The translations under genes were made by a program, and so were the position numbers. Of a stretch of 64,000 bases of DNA, positions 10,190 to 20,433 are shown piece by piece. Source of the stretch: Treponema sp. (lineage in GTDB: Bacteria > Spirochaetota > Spirochaetia > Treponematales > Treponemataceae); contig JALNVF010000002.1 in NCBI GenBank assembly GCA_023231445.1, positions 481-64,480 on the forward strand, read 5' to 3'. Each line of letters begins with the position of its first letter. Positions within the stretch are counted from its first letter, which is position 1. The notes below the pieces were generated by a model, which was given only the letters and a program-made list of their open reading frames with translations, was not told where the DNA came from and ran no database searches.

Positions 10190-10720
10190 ATGCATAAGAC
10201 AGGTAAAATAATCAGTGTTGCAATTGCGGCTGCAATTTTTGCATGTGCCGCTGTTTCTGCTCAGCAGATAACTAAATTCGGTGTTGTTGATACGGCGAAA
10301 GTGTATAATGCATATTTTCGTAGTTCTTCAGCCGTCCGCAATTATGATAAGAAAAAGGCAGAATACCAGCAGGAAATAAATACCCGTACGCAGGAACTGC
10401 GTGATCTTCAGCAGAAAAAACTTGATTATCAGGCTGCCGGAGATGATGCAAATGCTCTTCGGGTTGAAAGTGATATTACTAAAAAAACTGAATATTTAAA
10501 TGAATATACAAACGCGAAGAATGTGGAACTTGCTACTATGCAGAAGTCTCTGCAGAATTCGGATGAATTCTATAAAAAATTATACAGTGTACTTGCAAAG
10601 ATTGCCGAATCCGGGGGGTACAGTATGATATTGAGTCTGCAGCAGGATAATGCCATACTCTGGTACAGCAGCTCAGTTGATGTGACGGAACAGGTAATAA
10701 CGGAACTTGGGAACAATTAG
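10190..10720 (+). CDS. skp: Skp/OmpH periplasmic chaperone
   Basis: Signal peptide, KFGVVD start, coiled coil, IAESGGYSMIL...DVTEQVI end; follows bamA. Confidence 0.9.
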   Translation: MHKTGKIISVAIAAAIFACAAVSAQQITKFGVVDTAKVYNAYFRSSSAVRNYDKKKAEYQQEINTRTQELRDLQQKKLDYQAAGDDANALRVESDITKKTEYLNEYTNAKNVELATMQKSLQNSDEFYKKLYSVLAKIAESGGYSMILSLQQDNAILWYSSSVDVTEQVITELGNN

Positions 10721-10724
10721 TATT

Positions 10725-13319
10725 ATGGAAACAGGTCCGGAAAAAACACCGTTGATGGTGCAATACGATTCAGTAAAAGCAAAGTATAAGAATGAGGTAC
10801 TTTTTTTCCGGCTTGGAGATTTTTATGAAATGTTCAATGAGGATGCGGTAGAAGTATCGCGTCTTCTTAATTTAACGCTTACACACCGGGCAAGCAGCCC
10901 GATGTGCGGTATTCCATACCATGCGGCAAAAATTTATATTGCACGTTTGCTTCGTCTTGGAAAAAAAGTTGTCATCTGTGAGCAGGTTGGAGAGATTGCG
11001 CATGGAAAAGGTCTTACTGAACGAAAAGTAGTAGAAGTTATTACTCCCGGTACGGCCGTCGAATCAGAATATCTTGAAGGTAGTATAAATAACTATCTTG
11101 CTGCTTTATCTGTTTCACACGGTAAAACGGGATTTGCCTTTATTGATGTTACGACATCGTCTTTCAGTGCTACGTCATGGCCTGCATCCTGTATGGCGGA
11201 AGACTTCGCAAAGGAACTCGGGCGGTGTATGCCGCGTGAAATTCTTCTGCCCCAGTCGCTCAGGTCCAACGATAGTATACAGCGGGCGCTTGCGGAACTG
11301 CCTGATTTGTCGGTGTCATACTATCCCGACTGGGATTTTTCTTCCGATGTTTCGTATAAACGGCTTACGTCTCAGTTTAAAACAGTAAATCTCCTGTCGT
11401 TCGGTCTTACAAAAGAATCTCCCGAAGTGCCGCCGGCAGGTTTTCTTCTTGATTATCTTGAGAAGACAACGAATACAGATGTTCCTCATGTAAGCGGTAT
11501 AAAAATATATCAGGATAATCAGTTTCTTATCATAGACGATTCATCCCGGCGTAATCTTGAGATTGTGGCAAATCTTCGCGATGGAAGTGTTCAGTACAGT
11601 CTGCTGGAATGCGTAAATTATACTAAGACCGCGATGGGGAACCGCATGATACGTTCATGGCTTCTGTATCCATTGACAGATTCTGCAAAAATACAGGCTC
11701 GACAGGAACATGTTGCACTCTTTGTAGAAAACAGGACACTGCTTGATAAGGTGCGGAATCAGCTTGAACCGGTGCTCGATATAGAGCGTCTTGCAGGACG
11801 TATAGCAATGGACCGGGCGCATCCAAAAGATCTACAGGCCCTTCGTGCAAGTCTTGAAAGTTGCCTTTCGGTACGAAAATCCCTTGAACAGTATGATTTT
11901 TCGTCAATATCGTCAGAACCGGCTGAAAAAATAATCAATATTATAAAAAATGCGATTCTTGATGATCCTTCAACAAGTATTACTGACGGAGGAATCATAA
12001 AGGATGGCTGGTCGAAGGATCTGGATCACTGGCGCGAAATACACAATAACTTTGGGAAAATTCTCAGCGAATACGAGACGGAAGAAAGAACAAAGACAGG
12101 CATAAGTTCTCTGAAAATTAAGTATACTAATGCGTCCGGATATTTTATCGAGATCAGTAGAGGAAAACTATCATCTGTTCCTTCTCATTTTATCATGCGC
12201 CGCGCACTTGTGAACGGCGACAGATACACAACAGAAAAACTTCAGGAACTTGAGCATGAGTTGAATGAAGCAGGTACGAAGATTCTTGAGCTTGAACGCG
12301 ATCTCTACGTGGAAATCCGCAGTCAGCTGCACGAATTTGTACCATATCTTATGCAGGCAGCTGGTGAGCTTGCATATACAGATGCTGCCGCATCTCTTGC
12401 AGAGGCTGCTATACTTCACAATTGGGTGAGACCTGTTGTTGATACTGGCACTGAATTTGTGGTAAAAGAAGGACGGCATCCTGTTGTAGAATTTCATATG
12501 CCTACTGGAGAGTTTGTACCGAATGATCTTGAAATAAGTGCAGAAGACAGCGATAAACCTTCTTTTGCACTTATAACAGGTCCGAATATGGCGGGAAAAT
12601 CTACTTACCTCAGGCAGAATGCTCTTATTGCTCTGCTCGCTCAGACAGGTTCATTTGTTCCAGCTCAATCTGCAAGACTTGGAATAGTTGACCGTATATT
12701 CTGTCGTGTCGGTGCAAGCGACAATCTTGCACGCGGTGAGTCAACGTTTCTTGTCGAGATGACAGAAACTGCAAATATTCTGCGTTCTGCGACCGGAAAA
12801 TCTCTTGTCATTATGGACGAGGTAGGACGAGGAACATCGACAGAAGACGGTCTTGCTATTGCATGGGCTGTCTCTGAATATCTGCTTGATGTGATAAAAT
12901 GCAAGACTCTTTTTGCAACGCACTACCATGAACTTACACGGATGGAACACTCGTCACTGAAAAAGCTTTGTATGGATGTGACTGAACAGAATGGCACTGT
13001 AGTCTTTCTGCGTAAGATAAAGGAAGGGGCAGCAGAAGATTCGTACGGTATACATGTTGCCCGTCTTGCAGGCGTTCCTCAGCAGGTCACAGATCGTGCG
13101 GATGTGATTCTTGCTCACATCCAGGCAGTAGCCTCTGACCGTCCTGTTCTTGAGTCTGTTCCGGTTCCGCCGCAGCAGACTGTTATGCAGTCTCCCGGAT
13201 TATTCAGTGACGAAGAAATAGTTCTTGATGAAATTCTTTCATCAGATCCCGATTCAATGACGCCACTTGCAGCCCTTCAGACAATTGCACGCTGGAAAAA
13301 AACGTTGTCCGGCCGGTAA
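10725..13319 (+). CDS. mutS: DNA mismatch repair protein MutS
   Basis: TPLMVQY, FFRLGDFYEMF, GIPYH, ITGPNMAGKSTYLRQ, STFLVEM, DEVGRGTST, FATHYHEL, SYGIHVARLAG. Start placed at ATG 10725. Confidence 0.97.
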   Translation: METGPEKTPLMVQYDSVKAKYKNEVLFFRLGDFYEMFNEDAVEVSRLLNLTLTHRASSPMCGIPYHAAKIYIARLLRLGKKVVICEQVGEIAHGKGLTERKVVEVITPGTAVESEYLEGSINNYLAALSVSHGKTGFAFIDVTTSSFSATSWPASCMAEDFAKELGRCMPREILLPQSLRSNDSIQRALAELPDLSVSYYPDWDFSSDVSYKRLTSQFKTVNLLSFGLTKESPEVPPAGFLLDYLEKTTNTDVPHVSGIKIYQDNQFLIIDDSSRRNLEIVANLRDGSVQYSLLECVNYTKTAMGNRMIRSWLLYPLTDSAKIQARQEHVALFVENRTLLDKVRNQLEPVLDIERLAGRIAMDRAHPKDLQALRASLESCLSVRKSLEQYDFSSISSEPAEKIINIIKNAILDDPSTSITDGGIIKDGWSKDLDHWREIHNNFGKILSEYETEERTKTGISSLKIKYTNASGYFIEISRGKLSSVPSHFIMRRALVNGDRYTTEKLQELEHELNEAGTKILELERDLYVEIRSQLHEFVPYLMQAAGELAYTDAAASLAEAAILHNWVRPVVDTGTEFVVKEGRHPVVEFHMPTGEFVPNDLEISAEDSDKPSFALITGPNMAGKSTYLRQNALIALLAQTGSFVPAQSARLGIVDRIFCRVGASDNLARGESTFLVEMTETANILRSATGKSLVIMDEVGRGTSTEDGLAIAWAVSEYLLDVIKCKTLFATHYHELTRMEHSSLKKLCMDVTEQNGTVVFLRKIKEGAAEDSYGIHVARLAGVPQQVTDRADVILAHIQAVASDRPVLESVPVPPQQTVMQSPGLFSDEEIVLDEILSSDPDSMTPLAALQTIARWKKTLSGR

Positions 13320-13372
13320 AATAAAGACAAAACACTGCATGAAAAAGTGAGTAACAAGCGATATAGTATTAT

Positions 13373-14143
13373 GTGAGACACTTTTTCTTTGAATGCAGAC
13401 AGTGTATTCTCCTTCTGTTGCGGGAACTTATTACGTTTTTTGCGGGAGGTGGAGAGTGTGCTGTTTGTGGAGCACGGTGCGGCGCGATTCCTGTATGCAG
13501 AACGTGCAGAACGACATATTTTACGCCGGTTCTGTCTGCGGATAAACGATGTCAAGTCTGCGGAAAAGAATTGATATCCGAACGTGGATTGTGTATGCAG
13601 TGTCGTACTGAAAAACTGCTTACGCATACCGATTTTGTACTTCCGTTGTATTCATACCGATTATGGAACAGCGTACTTTTGTTCCGCTGGAAAATTGATG
13701 GAGAGCGGACATTATCGCCTTTTTTTGCGGATAGGTTTGCATCGGCTCTTGCGGCGCTTCCCCGGCAGCTGGTTATAGTTCCTGTGCCGCCGCGTCCGGG
13801 AAAAATACGGAAAAACGGCTGGGATCAGATTGATGAAATCTGTATGTTTCTTGAGTTGCACTGGAAATACCGCGTATGCCGCATATTGGAACGAAAAACG
13901 ACGGAAGAGCAGAAAACGCTTGATCGTACCGAAAGATTAAAGACAATAGGCCGCGCATATTCATTAAAAACCGGCAGAAGGTTAAAAGAAGGATTGAGAC
14001 GTACAGACGGATTACTACCGCAGAATGTATGTCTTATCGATGATGTGATGACAACAGGTGCAACAATAGAGAGTTGCTCGGCGGTTTTAAAGACTGCCGG
14101 AGTAAGGAAGGTGTATGCAGTAACATTGTTTATCGTTGATTAG
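13373..14143 (+). CDS. comF: ComF family protein (double zinc ribbon plus PRTase domain)
   Basis: CxxC pairs (CAVC, CRTC, CQVC, CMQC), VPVP, LIDDVMTTGAT PRPP-binding loop. Start (GTG) is uncertain. Confidence 0.88.
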   Translation: MRHFFFECRQCILLLLRELITFFAGGGECAVCGARCGAIPVCRTCRTTYFTPVLSADKRCQVCGKELISERGLCMQCRTEKLLTHTDFVLPLYSYRLWNSVLLFRWKIDGERTLSPFFADRFASALAALPRQLVIVPVPPRPGKIRKNGWDQIDEICMFLELHWKYRVCRILERKTTEEQKTLDRTERLKTIGRAYSLKTGRRLKEGLRRTDGLLPQNVCLIDDVMTTGATIESCSAVLKTAGVRKVYAVTLFIVD

Positions 14144-14157
14144 ATGTATTCGTATTC

Positions 14158-14186
14158 TTGCAAAACGTTCGAATAAGGTGTATCCT
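14158..14186 (+). promoter_or_regulatory. Candidate sigma70 promoter for the cheW operon
   Basis: TTGCAA(14158-14163)-N17-TATCCT(14181-14186); SD GAGGA before ATG 14225. Confidence 0.55.
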
Positions 14187-14224
14187 TTAAGAGATAAAGT
14201 GTTTTTTTTAAGAGGAAGAGTAAT

Positions 14225-14704
14225 ATGGCTTCAGAAGATTCACAGTTTCAGCTTGTCACATTCCAACTCGGCGATGAGTTATACGGTGTCGATATTATGG
14301 ATGTAAAGGAAATCGTAAAAATACAGGATGTCCGTCCGATACCTAATGCACCGTACTATGTCGAAGGAATTATAAATCTCCGTGGAGAAATTATTCCGAT
14401 TATTGATTTGCATAAGCGGTTCAGACTTAAGGCGCTTGCAAAAATAAATGATTATGATGATTTCGAGGGCGGTTTTATTATTTTAAGTATTGAGGATAAT
14501 AAAATTGGTATTATCATAGATCGTGTTGCCCGTGTTGTTCCTGTGAAATTAAGCGAAGTTAAACAACCTCCTCAGATGTTAAGTGGTATAGGAACTGAAT
14601 ATATACAGGGCGTTATCCGTTCAGAAAGCGGATATCTTATCATGCTCAATATACGAAAACTATTCAACCCGAAAGAGCTTCAGAAAATTATTGATATACA
14701 ATAG
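14225..14704 (+). CDS. cheW: Chemotaxis coupling protein CheW
   Basis: QLVTFQLGDELYGVDIMDVKEI, PIPNAPYYVEGIINLRGEIIPIIDL, IGIIIDRV. Confidence 0.96.
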   Translation: MASEDSQFQLVTFQLGDELYGVDIMDVKEIVKIQDVRPIPNAPYYVEGIINLRGEIIPIIDLHKRFRLKALAKINDYDDFEGGFIILSIEDNKIGIIIDRVARVVPVKLSEVKQPPQMLSGIGTEYIQGVIRSESGYLIMLNIRKLFNPKELQKIIDIQ

Positions 14705-14710
14705 GTAGAA

Positions 14711-15766
14711 ATGATCCGTTCATACAGTACAACTATCAGACGTAAAGAGATGGATGCGGTGCTTACCTGCATGGTGGACGAAAAAATAGGTCCCGGTGAG
14801 CTTAACATACGTCTTATACAATCGGTAAAAGATTTTTTTAAATGTGACGGGGCGGTTGCATTCCGCAGCCCTGCGATTGCGCTCAAATATGTGCTTAAGG
14901 CACTTGATTCGCCTGTCGGCAGTTGTGTTATGCTTTCAGCCCTTGCTCCTTCATGGCAGATTGTTGCGCTTGAGGATCTTGGTTATGTACCCCTTGTACT
15001 TGATGTCGATGAAACTACAGGACTTGTTACGCCTGATATAGTTTCCGAAGGTATAAAAACCGGTGGTCGTTTTCTGCTTCTGCATGAAACGCAGGGAATT
15101 ATGCCGGATATGGATGCATTGACGGCTCTTGGCATCCCTGTTATCGAGGATATTTCGCAGAGCGCGGGTGCAGTCATTCCTGCCACAGATGAGAATGGAA
15201 ATCCTGTTGAAGGCCGTCGTGCCGGTTCATTCGGCGTGTTTACTATTCTTGGCCTTGAGGAACACGATGTTATAACAGCGGGCGGCGGAGCCGTCCTTAT
15301 GGCACCCGGAAGACGAGAATGGATTCCTCTTAAAAAATTTACAGATTCTGCTCCTTTGACGGAACTTCTTCCGGATTTGAACAGTGCACTTGCATGGGTT
15401 GAGCTGCGTGAATTTCCAAAAAATGAAATTGTGCGCAGGGAAATTTTTACATTGTTCCAACGGTCGTGTATGGCAGGACGGCATAAGCTCTTTGTCCGCG
15501 ACATGGAAGGGGCATCGACTATGTGTTCGTTCCCTGTAGTTCTTTCAAGTTCTTATAAAGAAGTGAAACAGTATACCGACCGTAAGGACGTTGAAATCAG
15601 ACCTGCATATGAGAATTCTGTTATAGCACTCCGTGACGAACAACTTTCCGCCTCATGTATACATGCAAAATCGCTTTATCTAAGGTGTGTGTTGTTTCCG
15701 CTGTATCCGCGTCTAACGCATTCCGAGACAGCAAAAATTGTGAAAGTTCTTGGAACACTGCCTTGA
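14711..15766 (+). CDS. DegT/DnrJ/EryC1/StrS-family protein lacking the PLP Schiff-base lysine
   Basis: Fold-type I motifs (F.SPAIAL, PLVLDVD, PVIEDISQSAG, ITAGGG, LFPLYP), but the FSFxxxK motif reads ILGLEEHD. Confidence 0.8.
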   Translation: MIRSYSTTIRRKEMDAVLTCMVDEKIGPGELNIRLIQSVKDFFKCDGAVAFRSPAIALKYVLKALDSPVGSCVMLSALAPSWQIVALEDLGYVPLVLDVDETTGLVTPDIVSEGIKTGGRFLLLHETQGIMPDMDALTALGIPVIEDISQSAGAVIPATDENGNPVEGRRAGSFGVFTILGLEEHDVITAGGGAVLMAPGRREWIPLKKFTDSAPLTELLPDLNSALAWVELREFPKNEIVRREIFTLFQRSCMAGRHKLFVRDMEGASTMCSFPVVLSSSYKEVKQYTDRKDVEIRPAYENSVIALRDEQLSASCIHAKSLYLRCVLFPLYPRLTHSETAKIVKVLGTLP

Positions 15767-15778
15767 CGAGAGGTGCTG

Positions 15779-16636
15779 ATGAAAAAATGTCTCATCGTCA
15801 TAAATACTCATAAAGAAGAGTCAAAATTTCTCGGAACTGAAATAGCACACTGGCTGCGTCAGAAAGAAATAGAGTCCTCGTTTTATCAGTTCAATGGTTT
15901 CAGTACGGAAAATCCGTTCGGCGGGTGTGATTTTGTTGTGACACTCGGTGGGGACGGTACCGTTCTTTTTGCTGCCCGCGGATGTGCTTCTCTTGGTATA
16001 CCGGTGTTTCCTGTGAATCTTGGAGAATTCGGTTTCATAGCAAGTATTCAAAAAACTGAATGGAAAGTTCATCTTGAACGCTTCCTTGATGGAACTGCCT
16101 ATATTGGTAAACGGAATATGGTTCAAGCTGCTCTCGTACGGGGCAAGTCTGCGGCCTTTTCGACTGTTGCGTTGAACGATATTGTCGTCAGTGCAAAAAC
16201 TGCTGCTCGTACTATTTCTCTTGATATTTCATATAACTGTGCTCCGCTCGGAGTGTTTAAAGCAGACGGTATAATAGTAAGCACTGCGACAGGTTCTACT
16301 GCATATTCGGCTTCTGCCGGTGGACCTATAATTGATCCTGAACTTGATGCGCTTGTGCTGACACCAATCAATTCATTTTCACTTTCCAGTCGCCCGCTTG
16401 TACTCAGCCCGAACGGTGAAATCGGAATTACGGTACTGCCTTCCCGTATCAGAGATATTATTATTACAGTAGACGGGCAGGAACCGGTAAATCTACAGGT
16501 CGGGGACTGTATAAAAATAAGAAAAACAACGGATAAGGTAAAGCTTATAGACTGCACAACAGAAAAATTCTATGATGCACTTCGTTCAAAGCTTAACTGG
16601 TCGGGAGGTCCCCATGCTGGAAGATCTGACAATTAA
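15779..16636 (+). CDS. nadK: NAD+ kinase
   Basis: TLGGDGTVL, VNLGEFGF, ALNDIVV, ADGIIVSTATGSTAYSASAGGP. Confidence 0.96.
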   Translation: MKKCLIVINTHKEESKFLGTEIAHWLRQKEIESSFYQFNGFSTENPFGGCDFVVTLGGDGTVLFAARGCASLGIPVFPVNLGEFGFIASIQKTEWKVHLERFLDGTAYIGKRNMVQAALVRGKSAAFSTVALNDIVVSAKTAARTISLDISYNCAPLGVFKADGIIVSTATGSTAYSASAGGPIIDPELDALVLTPINSFSLSSRPLVLSPNGEIGITVLPSRIRDIIITVDGQEPVNLQVGDCIKIRKTTDKVKLIDCTTEKFYDALRSKLNWSGGPHAGRSDN

Positions 16637-18365
16637 AGATTTTGCACTTATTGACCAGACGACAATAGAATTTTCACAGGGATTTACAGTACTTTCCGGT
16701 GAAACTGGTGCTGGAAAATCGATACTTATCGGTGCAGTTTCTTTTCTGCTTGGCGGGAAGTCCGATTCCCAGGTAATACGCGCAGGAACACATGAGGCGT
16801 CTGTCTCTGGTACCTTTCTGCTTGACGGTAAGACGGTTCGGAAGCAGGCTGCCGTCGCAGATGAAGACGGAGAAGAAGAATCTCTGTCGGCACAGGATTG
16901 GCTTGGCAGACACGGAATAGAAACTGAAAACGGACGTATTATTGTGCGGCGCACACTGCGTGACAGCGGTAAATCGTCTGCATGGATTGGCGGTACGCCC
17001 GTTACCCGTGCAGATCTTGCATCGTTTTCAACATTTCTGGTTGATATACACGGACAGCATGAACATCAATCTCTCATGCGCGTAAGTGAGCACCGGAAGT
17101 TTCTAGATGCGCGTGCTGGTATTGTGGATGAGGTGAACCGGTTTACCGTACTGTATGCGGCACTTGTAGCAAAAAGAAAACTGCTCGATCAGCTGAATAC
17201 ATCAAATGAAGACAGAAGCCGTCGTATGGAAATGTATTCGTTTGCGCTGCAGGAAATAAATGACGCAAAACTTAAGAGTGATGAAGATATACAACTTGAA
17301 GAAGAGGAAAGTAAACTTTCTTCGTATGAAAAACTCTATGCAGATATCGAGTCGATCACCGGAACTTTATCGGGAAATGACGGTTCTGTTATTTCTGCCC
17401 TCAGGCAGGTGAGACGTGACAGTATGCATGCTGTTGAAATGGATAAAGGTTTATCCGGACTTGATTCGAGGGTAGAGTCTTCATTTTATGAAATTTCAGA
17501 TATCGCTGATGAATTTTCTGCCTATAAAGAGAGACTCATATTTGATCCGGCCAGATTACAGGAAGTACAGGACAGGCTTTCTCTTATTTATAACCTTAAA
17601 AAGAAATATGCATCGTCTCCCAATGCATCCCTCTCGGAAGTTTTTAACTATGCAGCGGAAGCTCAGAATAATCTTGACAAACTCGGTGCAGGAAATATCG
17701 ATAAGGTCGGGCTGGAAAAAGATATTGCCTTATTGGAGAAGCAGGTATATATTGCGGCGAAAGCACTCTCAGAAAAACGTAAGACAGCAGGTGGAAAGAT
17801 GTCCGGTGAAGTGGAAACTGTTCTTTCCCTGCTGGGGATGCCCGGAACAAGATTCTCCGTAAATGTTACAGAAAAATCCGGTACAGGAATGGAACAAAAA
17901 TGCGGTCCGTACGGACTCGACAATATTGAATTTCTTATAAGTGCGAACCCGGGGTCTCCGCTGCTTCCTCTTGCACAAATAGCGTCGGGCGGCGAACTTT
18001 CACGCGTAATGCTTGCTTTGAAAACTATTTTTGCAGAAACTGATCCCGTAGAGACGCTCGTATTCGACGAGATTGATACAGGAATTGGCGGTGAAGTTGC
18101 AGTTGCTGTCGGGAGTCACATGAAGAATCTTGCGAAAAATAAACAGATATTGTGTATAACTCATCTGGCAAGTATTGCTGTTTATGCCGATAATCAGATA
18201 AAGATAGAAAAAGGTGTGTCAGACGGAAAGACATCTTCAGATTGTCATCCTGTTACCGGAGAAGAAAGGGTGAAAGAAATTGCCCGTATGCTTTCCGGAG
18301 AAGAATCAGAGGAATCGCTTGAACATGCCAGGTCTATGCTGAATAAATTCAGCGGAGGTGTCTGA
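16614..18365 (+). CDS. recN: DNA repair protein RecN
   Basis: SD GGAGG then ATG 16614; GETGAGKS, HGQHEHQ, ASGGELSRVML, LVFDEIDTG, ITHLASIA. Confidence 0.96.
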   Translation: MLEDLTIKDFALIDQTTIEFSQGFTVLSGETGAGKSILIGAVSFLLGGKSDSQVIRAGTHEASVSGTFLLDGKTVRKQAAVADEDGEEESLSAQDWLGRHGIETENGRIIVRRTLRDSGKSSAWIGGTPVTRADLASFSTFLVDIHGQHEHQSLMRVSEHRKFLDARAGIVDEVNRFTVLYAALVAKRKLLDQLNTSNEDRSRRMEMYSFALQEINDAKLKSDEDIQLEEEESKLSSYEKLYADIESITGTLSGNDGSVISALRQVRRDSMHAVEMDKGLSGLDSRVESSFYEISDIADEFSAYKERLIFDPARLQEVQDRLSLIYNLKKKYASSPNASLSEVFNYAAEAQNNLDKLGAGNIDKVGLEKDIALLEKQVYIAAKALSEKRKTAGGKMSGEVETVLSLLGMPGTRFSVNVTEKSGTGMEQKCGPYGLDNIEFLISANPGSPLLPLAQIASGGELSRVMLALKTIFAETDPVETLVFDEIDTGIGGEVAVAVGSHMKNLAKNKQILCITHLASIAVYADNQIKIEKGVSDGKTSSDCHPVTGEERVKEIARMLSGEESEESLEHARSMLNKFSGGV

Positions 18366-19168
18366 TGGCGAAAATATCGGAAGAAACACGACTGCAGCTT
18401 GGAACCGCGGTCATACCGTATCAGAAACAGATCGACGGATTACTCGCGAAAGAAAAAACAATGCTTTCTGTTATGCAGGGAGATAATTCCGGGCAGGCTT
18501 ATAAAAAATTGCAGCTTGCGGAGGATATGATTTTTATTTCAACATTATTCATGGCAGAAAACAGTCTTTCACTTAAAATTCTTGAAGTGAAAAATAATGA
18601 CGCATTGAATGAATCCCGTAAGACACTTTATAAAGCAATAATTTATCTGGAAGAAGTTGCTTCAAATTTTATAGATGTGTCATATGCAGATTTATCAGAG
18701 AGATGGGAAAAAATTGCAAATATTCCAGTATCGAAACGCTATCAGCTTATACGGAAGCTGGGGCTGGCGATTCGTCTTCTCAAAGACTCATTCGGAGAAA
18801 ACAGCAAATGGAAATGGTCTTTTGTTGAACTTGAGGGCCGTTTTACAGCAGTAGCCAAAAATCTTATTGACATGCGGAAGGGTGCAAAGGATTATTTTGA
18901 TCCGCGTTCACTTGATTACGAGATTACCGTTTTATATGTCCGTATGATGCAGCGTCTTCTTGACCAGTCGGCAAGCGGCTATCGTGATAAGTATGAATTA
19001 TCTACCCGTCGTATAGATGATATGCGTAACGCAATAAAATTTCTGCTTGCACGTCATAAACTATGCCTGGCGGTCGGTGATAAAACTAACGCAGAGGAAA
19101 TAAAGAAGAAGGCTGTTGTCTGGAAGGATAAAATGGATTCCGACCAGAAGTCAGGCTTAAGCACATAA
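18365..19168 (+). CDS. Hypothetical all-helical protein
   Basis: 267-aa ORF coupled to the recN stop (TGATG); no recognisable motif. Confidence 0.8.
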   Translation: MAKISEETRLQLGTAVIPYQKQIDGLLAKEKTMLSVMQGDNSGQAYKKLQLAEDMIFISTLFMAENSLSLKILEVKNNDALNESRKTLYKAIIYLEEVASNFIDVSYADLSERWEKIANIPVSKRYQLIRKLGLAIRLLKDSFGENSKWKWSFVELEGRFTAVAKNLIDMRKGAKDYFDPRSLDYEITVLYVRMMQRLLDQSASGYRDKYELSTRRIDDMRNAIKFLLARHKLCLAVGDKTNAEEIKKKAVVWKDKMDSDQKSGLST

Positions 19169-19172
19169 GACT

Positions 19173-20393
19173 ATGAACAAAAAACTTGCACTCAAAATAT
19201 TTGAAGGATTTTCAATACAAAGATGGAATGATCTTATACGACCTTTTGAACTTGTAGAAATGGACAAAGCGGGTGAAAAAATGGTCATTGCATATCTTTT
19301 TGGAAAATATGAAGAACATAAAGGTGTATTTATCGACTGGAAATGGATGGTATATGCATCGTTGTTTGATCTGTTGAAAAAAATAGCACTCTGTGATATA
19401 AAAGCCCCCGTACAACAGCTTTTAAAAAAAGAATATACACAGGAATATCTCCGTCTTGATGAATGGGTTCTTAATCAGTATCGTCCGCTTATTGATGACG
19501 ATGATTTGTTTTCGCAGTTCACGATTTATATAGGAGAAAAAGCCGGTACTATTCAGATTCCTGAAAAAAAAAGGGCCACGGCTAAAGTTTTTTCTGCAGC
19601 TCATAAATATTCGACAATGCGGGAACTTCAGATGCTTTCTGTAGTAAATGAACGGGAACGTTTAGTAAAGATAGAAACAGAACTGCAGGCCCAGATTCAG
19701 CCTTATCTTGATCTGGAAGGTCTTCAGATGATGATGACCCGTCAGCGGACGTTTGATTTTCTGTTAAAAATTGAGCAGCTGCGGTTCCAGACAAGGTGGA
19801 ATCAGACCCCCCGCGTGCCAAAGACAAGCGTACTCGGACACAGCTATTTTGTCGCAGTAATGACGTTGCTGCTGGGGAGAGACACAGGCATAAAAATGTG
19901 TTCCCGCCGTATAATCAATAATTTTTTCAGCGGCCTTTTTCATGATCTGCCGGAATCGGTCACTCGAGATATTATTTCGCCTGTAAAACAGGCAACTGAC
20001 GAACTTCCTGATATTGTAAAAAAAATTGAAGATGAGATTGTCGGACGGGAACTTGTGCCTCTGATGGAATCTTTTTTTGTCGATGAACTTATGTATTATA
20101 CAAGCAGTGAATTCGTAAACCGTATAAAAATTGACAATGGAGGAATGCGTGAAGTATCCTGGGAAGAACTCAATAATACGTATAATAACGATTCATTTGA
20201 ACCTGTTGACGGCAGACTAGTGCGTCTTTCTGACCATTTAGGGGCTCTTTTGGAGGCCGACAGTTCAATAAAACACGGTATCACGTCTGCGCATCTGGTT
20301 CATGGACGGGAAGGAATGCTTGCACATTATAAAGCAGGTGAAATTATAAACGGTATAGACGCCGGTTCTTTATTCAAAGAAATTGTAGAGTAA
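19173..20393 (+). CDS. HD-domain phosphohydrolase, tandem YfbR-like domains
   Basis: C-terminal half has QTRW...SVLGHSY...LFHDLPESVTRDIISPVK...LSDHL; N-terminal half is a degenerate copy (IQRWND...LFDLL...DIKAPV). Confidence 0.8.
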   Translation: MNKKLALKIFEGFSIQRWNDLIRPFELVEMDKAGEKMVIAYLFGKYEEHKGVFIDWKWMVYASLFDLLKKIALCDIKAPVQQLLKKEYTQEYLRLDEWVLNQYRPLIDDDDLFSQFTIYIGEKAGTIQIPEKKRATAKVFSAAHKYSTMRELQMLSVVNERERLVKIETELQAQIQPYLDLEGLQMMMTRQRTFDFLLKIEQLRFQTRWNQTPRVPKTSVLGHSYFVAVMTLLLGRDTGIKMCSRRIINNFFSGLFHDLPESVTRDIISPVKQATDELPDIVKKIEDEIVGRELVPLMESFFVDELMYYTSSEFVNRIKIDNGGMREVSWEELNNTYNNDSFEPVDGRLVRLSDHLGALLEADSSIKHGITSAHLVHGREGMLAHYKAGEIINGIDAGSLFKEIVE

Positions 20394-20433
20394 TACTCCT
20401 GAAAAGCCATTATTATGCCGATAATTTAAAAGT

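Noticed and set aside
3322-13319. tamB-bamA-skp-mutS cluster as a novel system
   Set aside because: tamB-bamA-skp linkage is known in spirochaetes, and nothing extra is inserted here.
15779-18365. nadK-recN adjacency
   Set aside because: Widespread conserved bacterial synteny.
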